DNA of 62,866 bases, the filler included, from Phoronis australis (lineage: Eukaryota; Animalia; Phoronida): the NCBI GenBank assembly GCA_002633005.1. It is 3 parts of 3 records of this genome, joined end to end, with 100 filler letters (N's around TTAATTAATTAA, not from the genome) between each part and the next. Parts side by side here need not be neighbours in the genome. Positions count along the whole stretch, not along the records: positions 40,738 to 62,866 come from NMRA01000819.1; 2 more parts are not named here. One strand, 5' to 3'. This document shows positions 50,230-61,905 of the stretch, in pieces (positions within the stretch are counted from its first letter, which is position 1; every line of letters starts with the position of its first letter). The notes below the pieces were generated by a model. The model searched no databases, was not told the DNA's origin, and saw only the letters and a list, made by a program, of their open reading frames with translations. Made by a program: the position numbers and the translations under genes.

Positions 50230-50874
50230 GTAAGTACACTAAACTTCATGAATTTAAGAATTGACAAAGTTTTGAGAACGTAAGTACATTCGACTACAAA
50301 GTAAATTATACAATGTATGGTGTAACAAGCTAAGTTAAAATTATCGTGGTTTGTGTTTCGTTTTTCTTTCATCTTGAATGTTTCCCTTGAGTACGGACTG
50401 CACGTAAAAGAGCTTTTCTGATTGCCAGAAGACTGCGGGTGGTAGCGAATCAGACTTGGATTTGGTGCAACTTCAACTATTTTGCTTCAACCTCGCCGAT
50501 GATTTCCCATGGCCAATTCATTCGCTTACACTTCTCCACATGACTTGAGTTAAATCTATAATTCAGGGCCTTGTGCTGCAGGTTCTTGGATTCTATCAAA
50601 AATGTACGTAATTTGACTCTATCAAAAGTTTAATAGCGTCAACACGGAGAATTCATGACAACCTGCGGGTGTCATGACAACCTGCGGGTGTCATGACGGA
50701 CAATTCTGACTCTCTAATCAAGTGGACCATGGAGCGTGAACTATTCTGACCGACGATAATGGTACAAGTTCATGACCAGGGTCTTGTGCTGGCGAGCTCG
50801 GGTGGTCAGAAAATCCAAACTAATTAGCAATAATAGCTTGTTATAATCCCTTATAGAGATCTAACCTTTCACAG

Positions 50875-51122
50875 GGGAATGTATTCCAACGGCCAGGGCG
50901 ACAGTTTCCCGGATGTATTCCGTGCGCTCACTTCCTACACAAACTTTGGCTGACGATGAAACTCATCAACTCAGAGACGCCGCGCACCCCAGTAATCGCC
51001 TCGTTCATATTCATGGTGTCCCTGTATTACTACGCAATGTATGACAACAGCAACATCGTCATCAGAAAGTTTAAGGAACTGCGAAAGAAAATAAAGAGAA
51101 ACGCGCTCGGAGTGTTGTTGAG
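50875..51122 (+). CDS. Unrecognised membrane protein, exon 2
   Basis: ctttcacag / gtaggc, 248 nt open: GNVFQRPGRQFPGCIPCAHFLHKLW...VIASFIFMVSLYYYAMY...NALGVLL. Ends in phase 2. Confidence 0.75.
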
Positions 51123-51151
51123 GTAGGCTAACTCATGAATTAAGAATGAGC

Positions 51152-51549
51152 ATGCTGAGATGTCCGCATTACATGGCGGTAGATCCTCGATTACTCACAG
51201 CGTGCTGACATGTCTGCATTACATGGCGGTAGGTCCTCGATTACTCACAGCGTGCTGACATGTCCGCATTACATGGCGGTAGGTCCTCGATTACTCACAG
51301 CGTGCTGAGATGTCCACATTACATGGCGGTAGATCCTCGATTACTCACAGCGTGCTGACATGTCCGCATTACGTGGCGGTAGATCCTCGATTACTCACAG
51401 CGTGCTGACATGTCCGCATTACGTGGTGGTAGATCCTCGATTTCTCACAGCGTGCTGACATGTCCGCATTACATGGCGGTAGGTCCTCGATTACTCACAG
51501 CGTGCTGACATGTCCGCATTGCATGGCGGTAGATCCTCGATTACTCACA
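51152..51549. repeat. Minisatellite, 50-bp unit, 8 copies
   Basis: TGTCCGCATTACATGGCGGTAGATCCTCGATTACTCACAGCGTGCTGACA every 50 nt from 51161. Confidence 0.97.
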
Positions 51550-52181
51550 CGGTGGGGTTACGAGATTAATTTTTGCAAATATAAATTCCAGTGCGCTCAG
51601 CAGCCTAAATAGACTACTCACGCCTTTGAAAGGCTTAGATTCGAACAAAGTACTTTTTACGAGGAAAATGGAGAAGACACCTTCGTGTTTCTTTTCAGTC
51701 TCAATAAACGCACATTCCTTGAACTTGGAGTGCGTCCTACAACTCCAAATGCGGATCCACCATATCATTTGGTCAGTTTAAACAAGGGGCCTTCAGTGTT
51801 GGGAAATAGGTACTACCAGGAAGAGATAACCATCCTGGTTATCTCTTCCTGGTACTACCTAAATGAACACACGACGCTGTTTTGTGGTTAGATGTATGAA
51901 TATGAAACTGCAAAAAAATTCCGCCCACGTGGCTCCTCTGAAATGTTTTAGCACATCAGGGATGCCATTTGTATAACCAACTAATTGCAAATTAAATGGT
52001 TCACACAACTTCAGTAACATTCTCCATTCCATATTGAATTAAGTTGGTGATTTTTGGCTTTCGACATGTAGCAGTGTGATCTTAAAAGTGGCATTAAACT
52101 CATGCTTTCTGTAAAAAAAAACTATTTTTGATTTAAAACATTAAGTTATGAAAACGATTTCATCTTATTCCTCACTGAGTT

Positions 52182-52300
52182 TGAAAGTAGTCCGTGGGCT
52201 CTGAAAGTAGTTTGTGGGCTCTGAAACTAGTGCTTGGGCTTGGAAAGTAGTCCGTGGGCTCGTAAAGTAGTCAATAGGCTCGGAAAGTAGTCCGTGGCTC
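52182..52300. repeat. Minisatellite, ~20-bp unit TGAAAGTAGTCCGTGGGCTC, ~6 copies
   Basis: Tandem copies with substitutions. Confidence 0.9.
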
Positions 52301-53131
52301 GAAGAGAATCGACAATTTTACAATTGCAGACCACGTTGACTCAGAACCTCACTTCTGTCACATTACAAGACGCTGATGATGTCTGTTTGGAAACGTATAG
52401 GAGACTGGAAAGAATTTTTTTCGACACGAGGACATGATTGATAGGTTCTTCAATCACAGAAGCATTTCGAACTGTTTAATAACCTAAACACGTGATTTGA
52501 ATTAGGCCTTTTAGGCCTTTCACAAAATCGGTTTCGTAATATTCAATTAATTGCTGCTACCAAAAAGAACATCAAAACCATCAGCGACTCACGAAAATGC
52601 TTCGGAGTTTTTTGAGTTGGCCCAAACCCTAAAGTTGCGAATGTGCGCACTGCCTGTGATTTAAGTTTCCGGCTCGAGCCATCCAGCAAAAAGGTAATGT
52701 TTTTTAAACCCTCAACTCTTCGGTTACGAATTTAACATTGGCAGCTGAACAATAGCAAATGCAGCATCGAAACTAAAATTCTAACTTGTTTTGGCTATTT
52801 AACCAATCAGTCTTCTGCTAAAGTATAATTGTCGCATCAGGTACCACCGAAAATTAGGCTGCGAGGACGCGTCCAAAATGTTAAAATCTAGGGGAAGGTC
52901 AGGATTGGGTGCATTTTTGTTAGCTATTTCATGTCGGCCAAGTGAATGTGGTTTGCTTGTACTTGTGAACATGATGAGAATGAAAAAAGACCTTTTGCTC
53001 GGCTTTAGCTGCACTCTCCTTCAAGAAAGTGGTCCTTTCTTGCATTTATGCACTGCTGGGTAGCGACTGAGGAATTGGCGGCGATTACAGGTATCCCTCG
53101 AACGAGCCAAAATTGCAAAAACACTAGTTGT

Positions 53132-53653
53132 TTAATAGTATTCTTGAACCACACTTTTGGTATCTGAAGGAATTTTGCTCTCAGAATCTAATATTGTCTT
53201 ATGACGTGCATCGGCAGACGAGTGTTGGTTTGAGGTTAAAAGTGCCGATTTTGTTTTATCCCTTTTTCTTGGTCTACCTTGCTTTTCAGTAAAAGGTTGA
53301 AATATAGCCATTTTATCCCTTTTTCTTGGTCTACCTTGCTTTTCAGTAGGAGTGAAAGGTTGAAATATAGCCATTTTATCCCTTTTTCTTGGTCTACCTT
53401 GCTTTTCAGTAGGAGTGAAAGGTTGAAATATAGCCATTTTATCCCTTTTTCTTGGTCTACCTTGCTTTTCAGTGAAAGGTTGAAATATAGCCACAGTAAG
53501 GTTTATATGCTCATCCATAAGACATTTGATGTGAAATGACTCAACACGCACATGTCTGTTTACGGTTTTCGACAGACTGAAGAAAACGTGGCAAGTCCAG
53601 TGATTTGCGTTTTGCTGGGCAAAGCCCAGACAGAACTGATCTTTGTCTTCCAT
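53132..53653 (-). pseudogene. ORF remnant with a degenerate zinc-finger-like segment and four AT-hook-like repeats (KQGRPRKR), probably TE-derived
   Basis: 57/63-bp tandem units at 53254-53493 stay in frame and encode GRPRK x4. Upstream TCHVFFSLSKTVNRHVRVESFH resembles a C2H2 finger. Confidence 0.45.
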
Positions 53654-54712
53654 CTGGTTTATAAATTTTACGGATCAGCGAAAAGGCAAGATCATGGAAG
53701 ACTTCGTCGAGTCCTATCCGCGAGATATCGCCAAGTATTACAATCGAACCACGTGAGTTCACGTAATGGCTTCCTTCGTAAGAGTCTTGCGTCTATATGC
53801 GAAATTTAGCCCCGCAACAGCAAACTCAGAGTGCATGTAATAATTTGGGCTTGAGGTCATTCCATACGGTTGTCGTGTAACTCGCCAAAAGCAAAGAACA
53901 AGCTTGTCCGTTCAACAGACAATACAAGGATTTTCAAAATTGTCCGAAATTGAGGATTAACTAGTGTTACAGAGCATTATTTTGTTTCAGATACATGTAT
54001 ATTTCTCTTAAAAGGTCAAACTCGGGTTAATTATAACTTTTCAAAAGGCTCTTGACCCAATTTACCATGCTCTCCACTGAAATTTACCGTTTCGGACAAG
54101 AACCTTGCATGTAAAGGCGCACAGAACTAACTCAAACCTAAGGAAAGAATAAAAAACAAAATGAACATGTATCTTATAGCATTTATTAATTCCGCAGACC
54201 AACTATGCCATACGCCACTTTATTAAAGGTCTCGAAACTACTCACTGTGGTGCAGGTGTAGCGAAAAAACCCTTTCAACTTTGGGACATGTATGTGTCAC
54301 TAGATCCATTACCAAATTTTGTACTGATAAGGCTATTTGTAACATTATTACAAAGTCTTTGTGCAAAGTCGAATACCTACAAACCATAGAAATCGTCTCG
54401 ACTACACACCTTCCGAAAGCAGAAATCTACATTGCAAAATTTCAATTCTGACTCTGGGAAAACAACTGAATTTGTCACATCTTTCCTTTCAGTGAGGCCA
54501 AGCAAGACAGTAGCCCGTCTGCATTAAAAAACCTAAAATGAGGAATCAGAAAGTTTCCGGCATTTCAGTCCGATAAGCAATTTCTAAGATACATCTATGT
54601 TGTACTTGAGTTATTCCGAAGTTTGACATATCTCAAGCACTGTTCGAACTTCAGTAAATTAACGTGCTAGCCCACCGGTCCAGTTAGTTTGCAAAGTTAC
54701 TGACCCGGCTAT

Positions 54713-57706
54713 TGACCTATCGTCAAGCTTATGACTGACGACTTAACTAACCAATCAGAACACAGCATTTTCGACACACATTCGTCTGCGTTTCGAAGTC
54801 GCCATTCGTCATTTTACCCGACAAAAAATGTCGTTGTCGGTAAAGCTTATTTTAGTCTATAGCTAAAAAAAAATTGTGCTTTGAAAATGGGTAAACGGTG
54901 TTGATATGGCGTGTGTAGTTCTCACTGCCGTTATACAGCTAGAGAATACAATCCCGTCATTTTTGGGCATTCCCTAAGCCGAAAACTGTTCTCGACTGTG
55001 TAAACCATGGATCAAACTGTGCGAACGGCCAAACAACACACGAGCAGCTAAACTTAAAGGAGAATGCCACCCGATTTAACTTAGTCTATATCCACATCGC
55101 TTCGAATACGGTCGACCTTACCTTGCCAAGAGGTGTCGCGTTAGCCTGTGAGGAAGGTGAGAAACGACGCTAGCGACGTCAGTGGTTCATCTGCAGAGTG
55201 AATGCCGCTATGTTGGTGCATCGTTCCCGCTTGTCCGAACTATGCAGCTGCGAGGAAAGGGAGTCTTTATTTACATTTACATTATTCAAATAATGATTGT
55301 CAATGTACAATTTCTGCCCTGACGGTGCTGTGGCCAAAGAGGAACCTGTCGGCCGATCGCGGCCCCCGACGCCGAGTACGTAGATTTGCAGTTTCGTGGG
55401 TAATTCACCAAAAAAATCACGTGCACATTACTTTGGCTCACAAGTATAGTATTTTATTGACTGGAAGTTTAGTTTCCACTGAACTTTGGCTGGTTCATGT
55501 TCGTGATGTCTGATCAGTCTCCGAGCCACTGGCCGGGATACTAAACGAGTCCGGCCGGCCGCAACGGGCCTGATTGGGCTCCGAGCCACTAGCCAGGATA
55601 ACAAGCGTTTTGTGTTTGGAAGTCAAAAAATCACAAGTCTAAACAACACAGACCTAGGTTCTTCTGTCAGTATCTCACGGAAAATACTTCGAATTTAACC
55701 CCGAACAGACCCTAAACTCTTGCTACGGACCATATTGGCCAGCCGAACTTTGTAGGTTACGGCGGGTGTCCAAATACCAATGAATCCGTAACAGCGAAAT
55801 AAAGCAACACGTTTTTATAAGAGCTCGGTGCATTTTTAAGGGTTTTACATCGAGGTTTGATGATTTATTGATGTTAAACGATGAATTCAAGCGATAAGCT
55901 GACTCCAGTAACCCGTGTTGTGAACTGCTGAACAGACAGCGTGTGAAACCAATTACGTTTTTCATTGGATAATTTCAACACCTCCGTCTGCCGTCAGGTG
56001 TCAGGTAACGCAACCGTACTTGGCGTTATGGAGTAGAACTACTCGATCTAATTTGATACAAATTAGGTTGTTTTTTGGGTGGCATGCTCCTTTAACAAAG
56101 TGGCTGGATTACTCGAAGGTTAAACACAAACACTTTTGTTCCAAGATACGTACTTTTCATTTTGATGGACTATCTTATTTTGACTCCGGAGTTTCACTCC
56201 TGTGGGGGCCTCTCTCGGCATCCCAGCACTCCACGAGAATAGGCTAGTCAAGCGGTAGTCCCCGGAAAGTTGTTTTAAAGACATTTTTATTATTTTTTGT
56301 TTATTAGACATCGTTCTGTATCGTAGCATAAGTACATTTTTGTTATTCATATACCCGTAGGCTGGCGTTCAAATGAACTTCTCACCAAAATTGATAGATT
56401 CGGCGGAATATGTTGAGAGGGCACTAAATTAGTGAACTTCGTTCGAGCTGTTGTCACAAAAAAATAAACTTTATGCAATGAAACTACAAAAATATGAAGC
56501 TTGGTGCACTGAAGTACGGCCACTCCATGCCCTAATGGCGTTAATCATTAAGTTGACTGGGCACAGCCCTAGACCTACCGGAGCTAACTACTTGCCAAGG
56601 ATAAGTGATGAGTATGTGCCTGCTACCGACCTGATTTTTTAAATAAAATATTTCGCTCAAAGATCAAAAAAGTATTAACAGTGCTATCGACTAGACTTAC
56701 TTTACTTGGAGATACAATCAGTTGTGACCTACTTTTCATTTGGAGGAATTTGGTAGACGGCACAATAAAAATATCGGTGAATCTTCACTGATTCTGAAAT
56801 ATCCTGAAATCTATGGCATCGTACAGATAATTCGACTTTAAGGTAAATACCCAGCTTTGCATGAACATATTGGATCACTGAGTGGCCTTGTCAGTTTTCA
56901 ACCATGACGGCGACATCCCGTTGCTCCCAACTTGTTCGATTCTATAGCCCAACAACAAGTTGGGAAGTTTACCCCCGTAGCCAATATCTTACACGACTGA
57001 TTAACTCCATTCTGGCATTTATGATTGTAGGGCCTGCGCTCTTTTGTTCGATAATTGCTCTAATCTTCGATCAGATCGTATCTAGCCTGACTGGACTGGG
57101 CTGATAAAAATGAAAGTTAAGTTATAACATAGGCCTATTTGAGCTTAAACCAATAGCATTCCTGCTTCCTCGTCAAATGCTGATCATGTTCCGTTTTTGA
57201 ATCACCGAAATCGCCCAACTACAACAGAATTTAAGACAATCTATTGTACCAACACACTGGGTTTGACAGTGTTCATACGCGTTCGGTAATAGCGTGCAAC
57301 CACCATACGTTTCTTTTGAAGCCTGGGAGATAATTGGCCTGCTTGTTATTATATGGGACAAAAGACTGAGCTGGGTAGTTAACAAAAGAACCAGATGTAT
57401 TCGCACGTTCAGCACCTCTCACGTCTGGAAAAGTTACTGAACGACAGAACGCTGTAATGTGAGTGTGGCGTTCTTCGAATTTTCGCTGGCTACGAAATAC
57501 TTTTCCTCGAACACTTTTCATCGTCGCAGCTTTACAAATTCCCAAGTCATGATCGTACGATTGTCAAAGCGTTTTCAGAAGGTGCAAAAAACCCATCAAT
57601 TATACCATGAACGTCGTTTAGCGACTGTGTATTTGCCTCTGACATCTTGCTCGTTTGTAGGGTGTCACGTGACTTTTCGCAAGGAAGCGGAGCTTGCGAT
57701 AGGTCA
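54713..57706 (+). mobile_element. ISL2EU/PHIS-type DNA transposon, decayed, with THAP remnant (+) and second-ORF remnant (-)
   Basis: TGACCTATCG...CGATAGGTCA TIRs. From 54887: MGKRC*YGVC..CRY...FPKPK...WIKLCERP..HEQLN|LTKW...FCSK (THAP, split by Kolobok). Minus-strand VRGKVFRSQRKFEERH near 57460-57510 resembles the SWIM/YqaJ ORF2 N-terminus. Confidence 0.72.
55058..56091 (+). mobile_element. Kolobok-type element, shorter copy of 12926-14565 in the opposite orientation
   Basis: TTAA|AGGAGAATGCCACCC ... GGGTGGCATGCTCCT|TTAA, extensive identity to copy 1, THAP start MPLCWCIVPACPNY at 55202. Confidence 0.88.
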
Positions 57707-58231
57707 AGTATTTCTCAATCATTCCTGTACACTAAATGCACATGTGCTCGAGACCCGATCGCGGATTTATTGATCACGAGGTTCAAACTAGTTGGCGTTC
57801 AACAGGTGAGAGGCCAACAAAATTAGTTGCTAGACATTTTTTGAATTAACTGAATATGAAACCACATCCACATAGGGTCAATAAGTAAAAGTTTACTGGC
57901 CCGGCCGCAAATCCACTGGCCCGGGGCCAGCGTGCATTTCGAACGCTGATTTCAAGCCTGTACAAGTATTTCGCAACACATCCCACGAATCGCCGCAATA
58001 ACAACAAATAATAGTGAGCCGTCACATAGGCTGATTAAGAGGACTCCTAGGGACCTCAACGGACACGAAACAAAAGCACCGTCAATTACATACCTTTTTC
58101 AGCAGTTGCCTGGATTTTTTTTCTTTCTAATATTTTGATTGCCATCCTAAGGCATCCTTCATCCGCCAATACTGGCCCAGATGTTTCCACCGCATGCTTA
58201 CTACATATTGTGTGTGTGTGTATGTGTGCAG

Positions 58232-58364
58232 GCTCCTTCTGAGTGTTACCGAGGTCATCTACGTCATCATATTCCCGTTATTCTCGTACTACACCACGTG
58301 GATCCCGGGAAACAAGGCAGCTTACTACGTGGCAGATCACACAAACTCAGAGTTCTGGTTGAAG
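58232..58364 (+). CDS. Unrecognised membrane protein, exon 3 (RLLLSVTEVIYVIIFPLFSYYTTWIPGNKAAYYVADHTNSEFWLK)
   Basis: (tg)n..gcag acceptor and gtgaga donor, 133 nt. Completes the phase-2 codon of exon 2. C/G-ending codon bias. Confidence 0.78.
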
Positions 58365-59230
58365 GTGAGAACAGGTTTGCTGTGAAAGGGACATTCACTG
58401 GCAAGACAAGTGATTTTCTTTGACTCAGTCTCACAGCAAACCTACAACCCCGCGCGGCTAGCGAATTAGGTCTGCTGCTGAATGTATATCCCACTCGATA
58501 AATGTCAGAGCATTTTAGTCGTATTTGACTGGTAAAGTCCCAAGGTTTGGCAGACAACGGTAAGAAATGGCGATATGCAATAAAATCACAAAAACACGAC
58601 CGATTTTGCTCTTCGTCAGTTCTCACTGGTGAAAGGTAATGAATTCAACAAGTCTCCCATCCGACAATATATTATAAAAATGCCTCTTATCTCTCTAAGA
58701 TTTGCTGACAAGCATTCACAGTACGTGCCATGAAGTCATCCAAGAATAGATTGTAAAAACCTCACAGTTGTTGGAATCATGAATACTTATAACAAGTACA
58801 TGTACAAATATAATCACTAATTAGGATAAGACAAGAACAGTCCGAAATATAGCTGTCACTTTAGTCTCTTGGTAATCCGTTTTATCCTTGCGCTGAGCAA
58901 ATATCGTTGAAACTTAATGAGAACACTGTTGTGTGTGTTCAACAAAATTTGACTCAAAATTTATGTATATACTTGCGACAATTTCTAAACTTGGGTCCAA
59001 TTAGGGAGAAACTACACTGAAAATTACCACTAGCAGACTGTATAACCATGGTACCTTTAGTGTATTTTTTCTGATTTTCTTTTCTGAACAGCAACACTGA
59101 TTTCGAACATGCACAGAAAATCTTCGATTTTCGCTCTGCATAGGCTTATTGGAATTTGAATTAATTAGGATTATGGACTTTGTAGTTACATATGCTAATG
59201 ATGTTAAAATAAGATATATTTCCATTACAG

Positions 59231-59386
59231 ACAGTGGCGTTAATGATATCCCTCAGCACGTTCATCATCACGAGACGGTCTGTTCTATCTCAACAGACGA
59301 GAGCAAGGAAGTTTTACGAGGACCAGCCCGCAAGCAGCAGAAGGCACCACCGGCCGCGGGGCACGTGGTACAATAAATATCGCTGA
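59231..59386 (+). CDS. Unrecognised membrane protein, terminal exon (TVALMISLSTFIITRR...WYNKYR*)
   Basis: tttccattacag acceptor, phase 0 open to TGA. Confidence 0.72.
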   Translation, partial: TVALMISLSTFIITRRSVLSQQTRARKFYEDQPASSRRHHRPRGTWYNKYR

Positions 59387-59678
59387 TAGATGTCGCTCGG
59401 AGCTAATACAACCTTCAGGCAGAGCCTTGTCCTTAACATGAGCTTCACTGTTCACTGGACAACAACCACGATTCGTCAGATTAAAAATGCATACGTAATA
59501 AACCTTCCTCTGTCAAATCAAAAGTATATTTTCCCCAAGGTTACAGGTAATAATAGGTCAAAAGTATATTTTTTCCACAGGGTTAGAGGTAAAAGAGACC
59601 CAAGTTAACTTTCCAGTACATATATGTATCCCACACACTTTTTAGGAAGGGCCATAGCAAATTTTCACTGCGGGGCCC

Positions 59679-60677
59679 TTTGTCACTTCGGGGTCCTGAC
59701 CACATCCTTATGTCACCATGGGGTCCTGACCACCTCCTTATGTCACCATGGGGTCCTGACCACCTCCTTCTGTCACCATGGGGTCCTGACCACCTCCTTA
59801 TGTCACTATGGGGACCTGACCACCTCCTTATGTCACGATGGAGTCCTGACCCCATCCCTATGTCACTATGGGGACCTGACCACCTCCTTATGTCACGATG
59901 GAGTCCTGACCCCCTCCTTATGTCACTATGGGGNNNNNNNNNNNNNNNNNNNNNNNNNNNNNNNNNNNNNNNNNNNNNNNNNNNNNNNNNNNNNNNNNNN
60001 NNNNNNNNNNNNNNNNNNNNNNNNNNNNNNNNNNNNNNNNNNNNNNNNNNNNNNNNNNNNNNNNNNNNNNNNNNNNNNNNNNNNNNNNNNNNNNNNNNNN
60101 NNNNNNNNNNNNNNNNNNNNNNNNNNNNNNNNNNNNNNNNNNNNNNNNNNNNNNNNNNNNNNNNNNNNNNNNNNNNNNNNNNNNNNNNNNNNNNNNNNNN
60201 NNNNNNNNNCCTCCTTATGTCACTATGGGGTCCTGACCACTTCCTTATGTCACCATGGGGTCCTGACCCCCTCCTGATGTCACTATGGGGACCTGATCAC
60301 CTCCTTATGTCACTATGGGAACCTGACCACCTCCTTATGTCACTATGGGGTCCTAACCACCTCCTTATGTCGCTATGGGGACCTGACCACTTCCTAATGT
60401 CACTATGGAAACCTGATCACCTCCTTATGTCACTATGGGGTCTTGACCACCTCCTTATGATGTCACTATGGGGACCTGACTACCTCCTTATGTCACTATG
60501 GGGACCTGACCACCTCCTTCTGTCACTATGGGGTTCTGACCATCTCCTTATGTCATTATGGGGACCTGAATACCTCCTTATGTCACTAGATGGGGTCCTG
60601 ACCACCTCCTTATGTCACTATGGGGTCCTGACCACCTCCTTATGTCACTATGGGGACCTGACCACCTCCTTATGTCG
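59679..60677. repeat. Minisatellite, 30-bp unit CACCTCCTTATGTCACTATGGGGTCCTGAC, spanning an N gap
   Basis: More than 20 visible tandem copies on both sides of gap 59934-60209. Confidence 0.97.
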
Positions 60678-61284
60678 CCTTATGTACAGACCACTCTTGC
60701 AACATTTACATGTGAGAAAGTGGTTTAATTCTCTTAAACATGACATTGGATCAGGCCATACATGTACCTTTTAATTCAGATGAGAAATAAAGATTATCAA
60801 ACTAGGACAGCAACCAGGAATCTTAGTTTAGTTTGAATAAAGACAACAGCTTTTCTAAAGTGTAGCGACATGTTTCAGTAGTAAAACATCCACAATTGTC
60901 AAGCTTTTTCAGAGAATGGATGCCTTTCTGGTTACAGGTACAATACACAGAAAATTCCAAAACACACAAATATACCAGAAGAGGAATGGCTAGCAATCAC
61001 AACTCAGTGTAACAGTGTCAACGACTCGTGGGAAACCAGTGCATTGAGTGACGCCGTTTGGGAACACTGAATGTGAATGGCTTGATGCAGTTTCAAGTGA
61101 TAAGTGATTAGTATCACAGTCAATAATCCTAAAAGCTGTGTTCCCCAGCTCCATTCTCTGCATAAAGCTTGACAATGGTGTATTTTCTACCACTGAAACA
61201 TTTTACAAAAGTTGTTTACTTTATTCAACCTTTACTGGTGTTCGTCAGTGTGTGATTTTTCAGTAGAATTTGAGTTTATTGCGC

Positions 61285-61824
61285 TCATGAAGGCAAGCAT
61301 TTGTAACAATAAACATGATCATTACGACACCCCACGAACACTTGATTATCACATGCAACAGGGGATGAAAACAGCTCAGCCCCAACACTGGATGATGTAA
61401 TCACAAGGCCATTGCTCAAAGATAATAAATAGATTGTCCCTTTGGAAGAGCAGGCACAAATACACCCCTTCCTCCATTCTCTCGCAGGAGATTCTGGACA
61501 GTGGTTGGTCAATCCTTCATACTGCATCAGTTGACCAGACTTATCCAAACATTGATTAGCATACTCCATCCTGTATTTCAAATTGCCAACATCAGCATAG
61601 TTTACACAACGTCTATGTGATTCAAAATCCACACTTTGGTCAAAATCTGAACACTTCACCAAACAAGGGCTCGAGTACACAGCAGAATCCAATACAGTCT
61701 TCCACATCAATTTGCCCGCAACAACACAATATACGTGTGAGTCATGACTACCCACAATGACTGAACAATCTGGAGCAAGATATGGTGACGAGAAAATTGG
61801 CGATCGTGTCTGGAACTTCCAAAC
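61285..61824 (-). CDS. AASDH: AASDH/ACSF4 (beta-alanine-activating enzyme) last coding exon, PQQ-like beta-propeller repeats
   Basis: tttttttcag acceptor. VWKFQTRSPIFSSP...VGSHDSHVYC...LMWKT..SAVYSSP...ELFSSPV...VFVGCRNDHVYC matches the recalled AASDH C-terminus. Minus-strand AATAAA just after the stop. Confidence 0.88.
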   Translation of the reverse strand, partial: VWKFQTRSPIFSSPYLAPDCSVIVGSHDSHVYCVVAGKLMWKTVLDSAVYSSPCLVKCSDFDQSVDFESHRRCVNYADVGNLKYRMEYANQCLDKSGQLMQYEGLTNHCPESPAREWRKGCICACSSKGTIYLLSLSNGLVITSSSVGAELFSSPVACDNQVFVGCRNDHVYCYKCLPS

Positions 61825-61905
61825 CTGAAAAAAAGGTGTTTGCAAGTAAAAATGCACTTGTATGTCTGCAAAATAATAGCCTGGCACTCATACGACACAC
61901 CCAAT

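Larger units (their letters stand above)
54638..57948. mobile_element. hAT MITE, outer layer of a nested insertion
   Basis: CACTGTTCGAA ... TTCGAACGCTG termini and 8-bp TSD ATCTCAAG (54630-54637) / ATTTCAAG (57949-57956). Confidence 0.75.

Noticed and set aside
51152-51549. CRISPR-like regular array
   Set aside because: Whole 50-bp units repeat with no unique spacers, there are no cas genes, and the context is a eukaryotic intron.
52365-52400. Hammerhead-like CTGATGA...GAAAC
   Set aside because: Stem II cannot form and no stem III/NUH site is evident. Other CTGANGA hits (near 9540 and 20888) also fail.
59583-60774. Long ORFs (364 and 217 aa)
   Set aside because: Artefacts of a 30-bp minisatellite plus an N gap.
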